A DNA stretch of 64,000 nt from Bigelowiella natans CCMP2755 (lineage: Eukaryota > Protista > Cercozoa): the NCBI GenBank assembly GCA_000320545.1, contig ADNK01002741.1:7486-71485 (forward strand). The letters run 5' to 3'. Of the stretch, positions 13,386 through 26,517 are shown piece after piece. Within the stretch, counting starts at the first letter, position 1, and the number at the start of each line of letters is the position of its first letter. The notes under the pieces are model-generated. The model made no database searches. It had not been told where the DNA came from and saw only the letters and a list, made by a program, of their open reading frames with translations. A program made the position numbers and the translations under genes.

Positions 13386-15987
13386 ATGCTACACGGCGCA
13401 ACCTTGTTTGCAAGTCGGCACTCTCGTCGCCACCGCTCGCTTTTGAGTAATGCCTGCAAGTTAGCAGATACAGCAGTCCGCCATCGCGCCCTGCTTTCAT
13501 CAACTTCGATTTCGGAGGCTACTTCCCCCAACAGCAACCAGAATGGGAACCTGTCATCATCCAAGAACAAGCCTGAGCCCGCACTTCCTTCGGAAGCCGA
13601 CGTTGTCATTGTCGGCGGGGGTGCAATAGGAGGTTGTTAGCTTCGTTGAACTGTATATACTAACGCGCCATTTTACGAGTAATGTGGCAGAATTACAGAA
13701 CACCTCTTTCGCCCCCCCCCCCCCCCCCCTCTCTCTCCCCCTCGCGTGGCTGATTGCTGCTAAGACGAACTCACTTGACATTCCGATGAGAACACAATAT
13801 CCATTTTGCTATCGAAAATGTCATCACATTGCTGTAATCCAACTGATTGTCCTTTTTCTGCAGCGTCCTTAGCATACCACCTGGAGTTAGAGGGACTCAA
13901 AGCTGTGCTGCTAGAGCGGTAAGCTGCGAGACTGCTGGCGATGATACACTACTGATGCTGGTGTTGATGGCGATGATGACGATTGAGGCGGTGATGGTGA
14001 TGATCAGTCGTGAAAGTGAATATCATAAATTATTCTGTTCGTAATAGACATGAGATGACTGCGGGAACTACGTGGCACAGGTAGTACTTTTCCCACATAG
14101 GCAGTCGAGCCCTACCACGATTGTGCGTGTTGGCGTCGATACATCTCCTGCACATGTCTTCGTTGAGTTACAATTGGGAATAAATTGTAGCCATTCACAA
14201 TGTTTCTAACCTTTGTCTCGCCGTCGAAGTCGTCATAATCGTCGTCGCCATCATCATTATCATCATCATCAGCAGCAGCACGAACTTACATCACCTCAAT
14301 CACATGAAATCAGCGCCGGGATGCTGTGGCGATTGCGGCCAAACGACACCGATATTCAGCTTCACGCATACACCCGCTGGCTTTTAAAAGATAAATTTGA
14401 GAAGGATTTGGGCGGAGATTCAAATGCGTTCACCTCCAACGGCGGCCTATTCATCGCCACAAACCCAGAGAGGATGCAAGAGTAATCTGCCTGCGAGAGA
14501 GAAATAACAATCAACGCTAATGTGTCACGATCCCCGCACGGCTATTCAACCATTCAAACGACATTATATTGTATTATTTTCGTCTGTGTGTTGATTGCCT
14601 TGTCACTAAAGCTGCATTGTAGTGCTGACTTCAAATTTGCAGCACACTTTGTAGCCTCAAACAAAATGGTGAGCCACACCATTAGCGTCAAAGCTATCGC
14701 GACCATCATTACCATCACTATCAGCATCACTGCTTTCATCAAAACTACCAACTAATTTATGGCATCCTCGCAGATATAAACGGCTCAAAGAGATCGGTAA
14801 TTACTTTGGAATTGAGTCTGAAGTACTAAGCCCCGAAGAGGCCGTCAAGATTCACCCTCTGCTAAATCCTGAGGCATTCATCGGAGCCATGCACTCCCCC
14901 GGCGATGGTAACCAAGATGTCTAATCACAGAAAGACCTCACCGAACTCAATTTGGGAAGGGGGGGGGGGGGGAGCACATCATTCCCAAATATACTTCTGC
15001 CCTGTGCTAAGCAGCAAGTTTCATGCTGAGTCGAAGTTCCCCCCCCCTCTTAACTTCACAGGCACTATCGACCCAACGACTGTGACGAATGCGTATGTGA
15101 AGGCGTGGCAGCAGCAGCTAGCGTCTCCAAAGGCTCTAAAGACGACAAGGCTATTCGAGGGAGTCGGGGTGAAATCAATTATTACCGAGCCCTCTTCTTC
15201 ACACTCAGCATCTGCATCGAAGCGGCCAAAAGTTGTCGGAGTTTTGACCGAGCAAGGCCAGGAGATACGGGCCCCGGTGGTGGTGAACGCCTGTGGGGCT
15301 TGGGCAAATGAGCTTCATGCAACGGCGCTGGGAGACACCCTGCCTTTGTGCTCCATGCAGCATGCAATGATCGTGACAGAAACGGTATTCACAACCAAAC
15401 ACAGCTAGTTTCTACTTTGTCGGGCTGCTGCTGCTTGTCTCTTCTTCACCGTCCTCATCGAGCGTCGTCATCGTCATGTATTTCTTTGGATTTCTCTGAT
15501 ATTTCTTCCTTCCTTCCGCTCTCCGTCGCCCCAGATTCCGGGTGTCTCACCGTCGCTGCCAAATGTAAGAGATCACGACAGATCGATATACATCAAGACG
15601 CAAGGAAACGCGCTCGCCCTCGGAGGCTATGAGCCAAATCCGAATTTTTGGCAAAATCCGGCAAGGGACTTCGCCTTCGGGTTGCTGAAAAATACATATT
15701 GCGCCGTTTCTTGTTCATAGCACTGCTAGAACTGCTTGAAACATATGCCTAGCCAATCCCACGACATTGCTCTTGGAGAGCAGACGTTGCCATTGACAAT
15801 GTAGACATGAAGCGATTCTAGATTCGTAAAGTGTATTCGTCGTCGTTTCGCCAGGTTGTTTGATATGGATTGGGAAGCTTTCGATCATAACCTCACGGGG
15901 CACATGGAGCTCTGTCCTGTAGTGGAGACTACCGGCATACAAAGTCGGGGCATGATTATAGAGACGAGGAAAAAGAAGAAGAAGAAC

Positions 15988-16019
<32 letters not shown>

Positions 16020-18220
16020 CGATGATGATGGTTACGGTGAAAATATAGAAGGGCAAAGCAAATGACTCAAACTCTTCGGAATGTAATTGATGCCGTGATT
16101 CACCTCCCCTCCCTTCCCCTCCCCTCAACTCCTCGCTCTATTGGAACGGTATGCGATGAACGACCAGGCACCGTGTGCGGCCCTGAGAGTTTCACCCCCG
16201 ACCACAAGCCTCTCGTCGGATTTCACCCTGAAATGCAGGGCTACTTTCTTGCTTGCGGTACCACAGAAACATGGGCGGTGTTTCCATTCGATTATCTTTC
16301 GAAATGCCATTAATCGATATAGTGTTGCTGTCCCTTCCTTTCTGGAGAGTACTTTTGTGAGAAGTGTATAAGAGCCGTTGGCGACATTGCCTCGCAGCTT
16401 GTATAATTGCTTTCTCACTGTATAAGAGTCGTTGACGAGTGTTCGTGTTTGCCTGCTACTTGCGCCGTTGGTGGTTTTGCAACCGCAGGAATGAATTCCA
16501 TGGGAATCATGCTTAGCGGGGGACTAGGACGCGAAATGGCTCAGTGGATAAGTCCGTTGCTCAAACACCAAAAAGAAGAATAACTGAGAAATGATGGCGA
16601 AGATCATCTCCCAATTATGACCCGATCCGCCCAACCCCCACCCCTCTGCCGTCGCGTTGGCTTGCTGTGTTTCCTCAGACAAAGGGTCGGCTGAGCTCGA
16701 TCTTTTCTCGTATGATATCTCCCGCTTCCACTCCGATTGCGTGGGCGATAAGGACTGGGTGCAGCAAACGTCGCACGAGAGTTACGCGAAGACGTACAGC
16801 ATCGTGCATCCGAACGACGAACACATGGCCGGGAGGTGGGGCGGCTTGCTTGCAGCATTCCCCGATTTTCCTTCGCTTGCCCTTGTTCAATTCTCCCACC
16901 ACCAACTGGCCTTGGTCTACCCCATTTTTTTCCCCGACAGGTCTGTGCGCCGCAGCGCTCTACACGACGCTCTTTTGGAACGAGGGTGCGTGTTTCAGCA
17001 GCGACACGGATTCGAACGACCAGGGTGAGGAAGAGGAAGAAGCGACATGAAAAGTGTTGTCCTCATTCAATACTGCTACTGCTGCTGCTGCCGCCACTTT
17101 TGACTTCGCGATTGTTGCTGATAGATTCTTCGCTACTGAGCACAAGAAGAAGGAAACGGCAGTGCTGGAATATGACTATTACGGAGCATATGAGGTATTC
17201 TCTCCGTATGCTTGTGATATGCGCAGAGTTTGTCTGCTGCATACTCCTGTTTCTGGTGCTGATATGTACCTTCAATTAGCATGATAGCGGGTTGTTTACG
17301 GTTAGGAGGTCGATATTGATGCAGACACCGAATACAAAAAGCCCTCTCACCTCAAAAATAGCAAGCTTCAGGGGAAGATGCATGAGTACTATCCTTACCG
17401 GTAATGCGCGCTTTGGTACTATTACGAATTTTTTACGCGCTTCTTATCTTGCGACAACTACTCTGAAACTGCTGTTAGATCCACGCAGCGAGGTATGATT
17501 TCTAGACCGATTCGTATTCTTCTTCTTTCTGTCGATAATATTAGGGATATTGTCGAGTCGCACATCACCTTCGATTGGCCTCCGTCTTTCGATATAGTTA
17601 AGGAAGAGGTGTGCGAAGTGTGCTTGTCTGAGTAGCACGCGCGCACGCACTTCACTGATTGCAGCAATGCATTTCTTTGAAGAGCGGGCGAATCTAGATT
17701 TCCCACCATCAGCGGTGTCGCCAATGATGCTTTATAATTACCCACTCCTTCTCCTGACGATAGCACGCGTTGTTACCCCCCCCTCCCCCTCCCATTCCCT
17801 CCCCACTGCAGGCCCATGCATGCCGTAACGGCGTGGCTATATTCGACCAATCATATTTCGGCAAGTTCGTGATTCAAGGCAAGGAAGCACGGGCGGCTGT
17901 TGACTACATCGCAACCGCGCGATTCGACGAGGAATCGTGTCCGAAAGGGCGTGTAAAGTACACATGCTTGTGTAACAGCAAAGGAGGCGTCGAGGCCGAT
18001 CTTACCATAACATGCCTTCCAAAAGAGGCGGTTGCGTCAGGCCTGTTCGCTGCTCCTAGCAGCTCCTCGAGTGAGAATGGCGATGTGTTTTACGTTGCAG
18101 CAGGTGGCGCACAGAAAACGCATAATTGGAGGTGGTTTCAGCAGCACACCAGAGATTTCGACTGTGAGATGGTCGATAAAAGCGACAATATGTCGCTGAT
18201 TAGGTGGCGCCAACAACATT

Positions 18221-18267
<47 letters not shown>

Positions 18268-18787
18268 GACGATGCATGGCATCTAGAAGAGTGTGTTGCT
18301 TGTCCATTTTGAAGTGAGCTTACCATTCAGCCTTCCGTACAGTATCATACAATCACGCACGCACACGCAACTTCATCCCTTTAAATACAATAAAATTGGT
18401 AGCGGGAGGATATTGTAGAGGTTATGCATTGACGATCATCCAACATTCCTCAGTGTACAAGGCCCACATAGCCTAAGCCTACTAACGTCTATCATCGACG
18501 GCGATACTGCGCCATTGGAGGAATTGGAATTCTCAAAGGCGTGCGTCGTTGACATTGCAGGGTTCAAAGTACTGTTACTGCGCCTGACATTCGTTGGGGA
18601 GAGGGGCTACGAGATCCATTGTAAATACGATGATGCAAGGCAGATCTATGACCTGCTTATGGCTAAAGGCGAGGAGATGGAGCAGAAACAAGGTGTTCCT
18701 GTGCGTGATGCCGGCTATTATACCATCGACTCGCTCTCCGCTGAAAAGGTTGTGCAGACCAGAGAGAGAAATGTAGAGAGAGAAATG

Positions 18788-18829
<42 letters not shown>

Positions 18830-20294
18830 AGATAGAGAGAGACTTCAAAGGGGGGCGAGGGAGAGACGAGGGAGACAAAGATTTAGCATGAATAGCCACA
18901 AAGCACATGGTATTCGCGCGCGCGCACGGGTGTGTATGTGTGTCTTTGTGTGCTATTCTTGTGCTGCTTTTTGTATATAATTCATCTCAGGGCTACCGAC
19001 ATTGGCATGCAGACTTGTCAAACTACGATACGCCTTTCGAGGCGAACATCGGCTTCTGCGTCTCGGGCACTTTGAAGACCACGGAAAAGAAGTTTCTGGG
19101 TAGACAAGCTTTGGAGCAGCAAAAGGCTGACGGTGTTAAGGTTTTGTTTCAGTGTTATCATTCTAATAATATAATAATACGCACGGGGCGACGGCGACAA
19201 CCACCACGACGATGATGATGATGATAATGGGGGCGTTGATGATGAAAATCAATAGTATTGAGAACTGTCAAAATTAACTACCTCAACTTCTGGCTGACGA
19301 CGACATGAACAAGAGATAACGTTTCTTAAATATTAGCGGAAGTTGATATGTCTGGAAATCGAGGATCCTTCTGTGCCTTTATATGGGTACGCGCTTCATA
19401 CAATTAGATCGTAGTTGTTTTCAATGCATATCTTACATTGAGGGTGTTAGTGCCGCAACTGCAAATATTTTAATTAATTGTTTCTGCAAAAATACTCTCT
19501 TTTAATAAAATACTTAGTTTTATGTGCCTACTAGCAGCATTTCCATTAACAGTCTCTATATGCCAGGCTGGAAAGTATTTATCGTGACGGGAAGTGTGTC
19601 GGATTCATCAAATCGACTGCTTTTGGACATACCGTTGGAAAGGTGTTCGTGTCATTGTTGCTCGCCACAAGCGTACCGCTTATGTCATGATCGCACCAGT
19701 TATTGTCAAGGTTGCTTGTGATTTGACTTACTCTATTTCTATAGACACTAGCATACGGTTACATCAGCAAAGAGGGCTTCCAGGAATCGCAACTGTAAGT
19801 GATACGTCTTTGTAGCAACTTCAAACGAGCACGAAATAACGAAATTTGGAATAGAATTGAGGATGATTCTCTGAAACCTCTGATATAACACGATTTTAAT
19901 AATCGTATGGTATCGATGTTTCCACTTGTCCGCGAAAAGTAGGAAGAAATTTTTAAACCAGTTCTTCAACATAAACCAAACAATTTTTATTTGATCCTGG
20001 TATTTTCCTTTTAAAGTTGTGAGAATACCATCATCGTCGTCGCACAAAAATTGTAAGTTGATGTAATGAACAGAATGGAACGAGGTGAATCGGTACCTAG
20101 TGAGAAAGGATCCAAAATTACCAACAAATGGTTGAAAGCTGGCAAATATGAAGTCGGCGACAAGGTCAAAACGACAATTTGTTCAATCGATTCGTGATTA
20201 AGTTTATTGCATTGCTACGTGTTTGCAGGGAATTCTTCACAGTGCAAAAATTCATTTGAAAGCCCCTTTTGACCCCAGCAACGAACGGATCTAG
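13386..20294 (+). CDS. SARDH: Sarcosine dehydrogenase (mitochondrial flavoprotein, DAO plus GCV-T domains)
   Basis: An Arg/Ser-rich presequence precedes [12 protein letters not shown] (FAD-binding) and [19 protein letters not shown] (covalent-FAD His). Later motifs are [102 protein letters not shown] and [10 protein letters not shown]. The LW.LRP.D motif favours SARDH over DMGDH. Confidence 0.9.
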
Positions 20295-21326
20295 CTAGGT
20301 AGGAATGCCCCTGCAATGCTCCAAAGGGGCACATGCATCAAATGAGGTTGGCTTTGCACAACGAATCAGAGACTGCAAGCGCAGACGTGCTGCCATACTG
20401 GCATGTTGGGATGATGTACGCATGCCAACATTCATGCTCACACCTGATGGCCTGCGCACACGAAAAACGCGCGCGTGCCACGCAAAGTCTAGCAGTGGAT
20501 CATCAAGCGCATTTCCATGTTTTCTGTTGATGACCAATTGCAAATCATGCAAACCGCCAAGCTAGCAAGTCTGAAACGCAAAACGACATGATGCGAGATC
20601 TCCTTCCATTGATATTTCCACCTTGCTAGCTTGCTGTTGTCATGATCATTGTCGTCATCGAGCACAATTGATTGCATCAAGCTAGCAAGACCACGCTGTG
20701 TTGTGTCTAGCTAGTGGCTAGCTAGCAAGGCGAACACAGCCATCAGTGTGCGATGCGCGTGATCGAGGCACACGCGCACGTGCGCATTGTCATGCGCAGC
20801 ATCGCATGCAGTTCCAATCTGGCAATGCTCACACTGCTCATTCGATTCCTGTCACTGGCGCTTCTGAAACGCACAGCCACCTGACCAGTCTTTGACCACA
20901 GCTAGCTAGACAGGTCAGCTGCTAGAGCCAGCCAGCCTAGCAGCAGGCAACACCAGACAGTGAACAACCATTGCCACTGTGGACACAGTGTGTGTGATGG
21001 TTGCACAGAAGTCGCGCGCCCACGCGCTGGCGCGGTCTTGCTAGCTTGTCAACTTGGTCAAAGCATGGCCAGGCTCAACCAGTCCTCTGAACTAGAATTA
21101 CACTTTCTGGCTTTCTTGGGGCAGATGACTGCGTTGTGAAGTCACAATGAACCCCTTGGAGAAGGTTCACGGCCAATGTTCACGGTCCATCCCAGAACGA
21201 AATGGACCAGCTCCAGAGCTTTGCACTGCCGCAGGCATGGCATGATTCGAGATGAGTGAACTTCGCCAGTCATGCCTGTCTGAGCACACTCGCAATGCTA
21301 GAGTGCGTTCTTTTGTTCGATTTGTG

Positions 21327-21505
21327 CGGGGCCGGCGCATAGCGCACAGCCCCTCTACCAAAAATTGTGCAGTGTGAGGCCGGCGTAGCCGACTCCACTA
21401 GGAGGTTGTAGCCCCGGCGTGCAATGGGGTACTAGCTCCTACCAGCCGGGCCTGAGTGATCACCCGCGATACTTCCTAGAAATACTGGCCTGCCAGGTAA
21501 GTGAT
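21327..21505 (-). ncRNA. U1: U1 spliceosomal snRNA
   Basis: The reverse complement reads ATCACTTACCTGGCAG at the 5' end (splice-site pairing ACUUACCUG). It also has helix H GCAG/CTGC, a U1-70K loop GATCACTCAG, a U1A loop CCCC-ATTGCACGCC-GGGG, stem III, an Sm site AATTTTTGG and a GC-rich terminal stem IV. Length is about 180 nt. Confidence 0.95.
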
Positions 21506-22031
21506 TACAGGAAGTCTCTCCGATGCGGAGGAGCCACATTTGATTCGTTGTTCACAAACTTCCAGGCCCTATCGAAATTCGATTCTGACTACTGCGGCTC
21601 TGCACTCTCTTTTGCCCGATCCGGCAACATTTAGTCCTTAAAACTTCTTGCTTAATGTGATGATGATGAGCCCCGGTAATTACTTGTTATCCAGATTGTT
21701 TTACTATTTGATGTGGAAAATGCTGCAAATATCCGAGAGAACTACCACATAATGTGATATTAAAAAGTCTTCTTCTGTCCATGTTTTTAAATCGAAAGAA
21801 CGAACGACACGTCCTTTCTTCCCGCGTGCCCTAGCATGGAAGCCAGATGAACACACAATCCATGGAACGCCCTTTAGAAGGCCCCTTTAATCTGCGCATT
21901 TGCGAGCTGTAGCGTTTAGGTGTAGAGAATGGCCTGACAAGTAAAACGGTACTTGGAACGTACTACTTCGCTGGATACTCGCCATTCGACGATCGCGTTT
22001 TGGACGTGCTGCCTCTTCGGAACGTAGCTCG

Positions 22032-24158
22032 ATGGTTCAACATGCGCCCATCGCGATCTTCTACCTGGCTCTTATGATTGGTATTCGTCTAAGCATCGAA
22101 TTTCTTTTATCCAACTCTCGCTGAATTGGCGCATTGTATTCCGAAAGGGGGCACAGGGTCCCATGCGTCTGCAGAAGAGAGCACAAGCAGGAAAAACTCT
22201 CCAAAGTTTGCGAATGGGCGGTATGTGAAACTACACCTGGGCGATCCTTGGCTGTGCATTGGGCTAATTCAAGTGAGTTAAACATAGACAGTGTTGGTAT
22301 CGTATTGAAATGAGTACCGGCAAGATAAGATAAGAGTTGCTTTCGATTCTTCTTCATGCTTAGATTGTCGTATGCGCAGCTGCAACTTTAACTTTAAAAT
22401 ACCTTTCCCCCCCAGATTCTTGGCAAGCAGAATGTGATCCTTCCAGCAAAACCAATCAATCACACGTACATTCGCTTTTTAAAATGCATGCCCATGATGA
22501 TTTCGGCAGCTCACACATCTTTTCAATTGAAAAACACACACACACACACAAATACACACACACCGCACACGCGAGAGTCCGTATGTGTACAGAGATATCA
22601 GCATAAAATCACATAAATAATAGGACGGAGTACTTTTTCATGGGAACACCGAACACGGTCATCGACCCAAGCCCTGCAACGTGTTTCATCGCAACTTCTT
22701 TTCGTGATCAAGAGCGAGGTGGGTGAATCGTCACGTATATTTCCCACAAATGTAGTGATCTTAGCCATTTTAATTCGGCAAAAATGAATTATGGTACAGG
22801 CCAATCCATTACGCTCGATCTCGGCAATGACTACGACATCCATCACATCATCATTTCCAACCAGGTGCTTAGCGCAGCTTAAACACGACTTACTACTTGA
22901 TGTTTCATAATCCATATTATGTTAGCTAGTTCAGAATGCAGTTTGTTTTTCCTCGATAGAGCCCAGGCTGCATAATGTGAACACAGCCCGCACTCCATTA
23001 AAATGCCAAAATTGACTCACACTCTCCCCTCCCCCCTTCTTTCCGCGTTTCCTTTCCCCCCCTCCTGTCCTATACAAAAGGCTTGCGAGTGCGATAAGTT
23101 TGATCGAATTTCAATATGGGTCGCTCCCTCGATGGACTTAGCCGATACTGACGGGGAGGGCCAAAGCGCCTTCGGAACCCTGGAGCAGCGGGCAAGAGGG
23201 GGGGGGGATAACATCGGGGAAAGCAACGACAATAATAAACGGTAACACATCGTCTCATTGCCTCCTCACAATTTGCGCCGAGTAATAGCTTCACATAGAA
23301 CTCGTTTTATCCCCCCCCCCGACTTCCCCCCCCAAAATCATAGGGATGCTCTCGCAAGCTTAGCGTTTGAGCTGGTAGTAGAGGGGCACCTGGTTCAAGA
23401 GCATGAGTTTATAGTCAACTTCGCTCCCACGCATCTGGAGGACCTTTGTACCATAGGATCACTGAGAGGTAGGTCGATTTATGATGACGATGACGACGAC
23501 GATGACGACGACGGTATTGAGTGAATATGTATATCATGTATACTACGCCTCTGCATGAATCGCGAATGATCTTTTTGCCATGTTGTTCCTCCCCTAGGCC
23601 CTTCATGCTACATCTATATGAAAACTGTGCATATGGGAAATGCAGCAGAACTGAACTCAAAAGGTAGAAGTAAGGCGAGCTGTTTTCTTCGGTTTTTGGC
23701 AGCCTGGGAGGATTGTCTCTCGGCCTCTCCAAACGTTTATCCGTGTTATGTGTTAGACTTTGATTCCTATTTAACTTACCTTCATCATGTGCGTTTTCGT
23801 TAAGCCGGATCTGCAGTGTTGTATAGACAGCCGCAGCGCAATCGTTGATGTGGCCGTTGGTGGCACGATTTATTCATGCTTCTCAGGATCGATATTTCTC
23901 GTGAATTCGACGGTGATTGTCTCTTCGGAGAATGGCGTTCAACCGCTATCTCTCACAGGTGAGGGTCAGATATTATGTGGACTCGTTGAAGCCTTTCCTC
24001 CCAAACTCACGGGCACTCCGTAAGAGAAGGCCGATGTCTAAACCGACTGTTTCGCTTTTCCTCCTGTGCGTTGTCTTTCGTGGTAGCTGTCCAAGACATT
24101 CACCTAGAGATGCATTCGAGAATAATATCGGCGGGAAGGTTGGTTGTTTGGCGAATCA

Positions 24159-24206
<48 letters not shown>

Positions 24207-26213
24207 CTCTCTCGCATAACGATCGGTAGCAAGGAGTTGCTGCTACCTCTAGCGAATTAATCGTCGCCGTCAATGACCATCCCCAACCCTGCTGCTCTAT
24301 TTAGCGTGAGCTTCTCCAGCCAGATGTTATTCGTGTCGTCGGGGTCCACTGTAAATGCGCACACAGTGAGCGTAGATGTGAAGGAGCTTCATCTTGTCGC
24401 GGGATCTATAGTTGCCACTAGACGGTGATTTGTAGAAGTTGGAGAGAGCAAGGGAGGGAGGGAGGGAGAGAGAGAGAGAGAGAGAGAGAGAAGAGAGAGG
24501 CCTTGGAGTGACACAGATTGTGGTAACTTCCTCCGGCGCCTAAGATATCATCATCATCATCATCATCATCATCATTATCATCATCATCATCGATTACTTT
24601 CACCATTAAATTACAGAGCATTCCCTCCGAGGGGAAACACATTCGAGCCGCTACCTCCCCACATCACCAACCACCTCAATAATCGGCAGCAGCGGCAGCA
24701 GAAAACTATGGCCGCTCAGCCCCATCTTGACGCCAACCGTGCTACCCCTGCCAGGGATCCTACCACCTCCCCGAAGAAATCAGAAACCTCTAGACAGAAG
24801 GCCGAAGAAAGCATCATTGAAGACGACATCGGCCGGAGTATGGAACAAGACGCCCCCTTACCATCGATCCTTGCGCCGTGCGGGGATGGAGAAGACTGCA
24901 CCACGCGCAGTAGCAGCAGTGCTATGAGAAACGAGAGCAGCAGCCGCAACGACGACGGAGGACCCCATGGCGATGGTGATGAGGAGGATGGCCAGACAGC
25001 GAGAGGTGAGGATAAGTCCAAGCTCGGCGATGCAGCAAGTGACAGAAACCTGCAACCGGAAGAAGGTGGTGGTGGAGGAGGAGGAGGAGGAGGAGGAGGA
25101 GGAGGAGGGCGCGCTCGCGACAGTGATGCTAAGAGTGGTGATGACGACGCTCGAGATAACGAGTCTCTGCTGCCCCCGCCCTCCTCTTCTCCACCATCAA
25201 ATCCTCCTCTTCCTCTTCCTCCCTCCCCCTCCCCCTCCCCTCCTTCTCTTGACCCCGAAATGGAGGCGAATGACGACGAGGAGTGGCTGGCATACACATT
25301 AGAGATTAAGGCGCAATTCGTGCAAATCAACGCGATGGCAAGGGTTATTGGAAGCGCCATCTATATCCAGGTTGTGCATGCCAATTACATAGAAAGAGCT
25401 GGTATGAAAGACGAAGAATATGCATTTTGGGGAGGAGGCGGAGAGAGGGGGGGGGGGAGACTTCGCAGATCTCTTCCCATCATCATCATCACCATCATCA
25501 CCATCATCATCATTTCCCCGCACAAGTGGTCGCTGATGCTGTTACGCTACATGAAATCAATGAAAGGCTGAGGACTTGAGCATCGAAGGCGTTGTGAACG
25601 CCAGCGGGATGGGGTATACACCAGATACGGGTCCAGGGAAGGGACATTGCGGTTAGTACCTGCGTACATATATCCCGACCTCTACTATTTTGTACCTGTC
25701 TATGTTTCACGGTCTCTACTACTATTTTTAGTTTCTCTAAGTATGTGTTATGTGTGCTTGCGCATTCGAACGTTTGCGACGAGTATAGTTATCAATGCCT
25801 AGCCCCCCCCCGCCCCTCCCCCCCGCCCCCCTTCCCGGATACCCCGAATTTCGACCCTCCATTATTCAGACTTATCTGGAAGAATACCTTGCGGGGGTGG
25901 GGGCAACGGCGGAGTTGGAGGCGATGGCAGGTCATGATGATGAGCTCTGATGGACGACGAATAATTGCGCTTTTTGCAGCATCGATGCCGACTCTCTCAC
26001 TGCTGCCTACTACTACTTCTAACACTACTACTACTACGACTCCTCCTCTTTGTCCCACTCGCACGCATTCAGGCATTCGAAATCCGCACACATCAGTACT
26101 GGCGGCCTTGCGTATCAGCAACTGCGATTGTTCCGTGAGCAGCAGCAGCAGCAGCAGGACGACTCGAATACCGATGGTCACCGCTCGAGGTACTTCAGCT
26201 TCTTCTACTACTG

Positions 26214-26256
<43 letters not shown>

Positions 26257-26477
26257 GGCATGTGTGGGGGGGGGGGTTTGGGGATCCATCTCTTCGTTTA
26301 TTCACCTATCAATGTCACATTGTATATAGAAGCACTATCTCACTAATATCACCGCTATGAGCGTTGTCGTCATCATCATGATCGTCATCATCATCATCAT
26401 CGTGTGTCTTGTTGCTCGAAGGATTGCGAGGCTGGGTGGTAGTGGGGGCGGGGGATCATTGCAGTCGCTGCTCAAGG

Positions 26478-26517
<40 letters not shown>

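Noticed and set aside
20290-21320. Possible transposon, MITE or CRISPR-like array in the palindrome-rich spacer
   Set aside because: No terminal inverted repeats, target-site duplication, transposase or RT frame, or regularly spaced direct repeats were visible. It is kept only as a compositional finding.
21505-21600. GGAAGTC and ATTCTGACTAC resembling RNase P/MRP CR-I and CR-V
   Set aside because: The two segments cannot form the P4 helix and are too close together, and the region is the U1 upstream promoter.
21419-21634. 71-aa plus-strand ORF with a perfect CAG/GTAAGT splice donor
   Set aside because: It is the antisense of U1 snRNA; the donor is simply the complement of the U1 5' end.
24716-25360. 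214-aa minus-strand ORF
   Set aside because: It is an antisense shadow of a GC-rich low-complexity exon of the glycine-rich gene.
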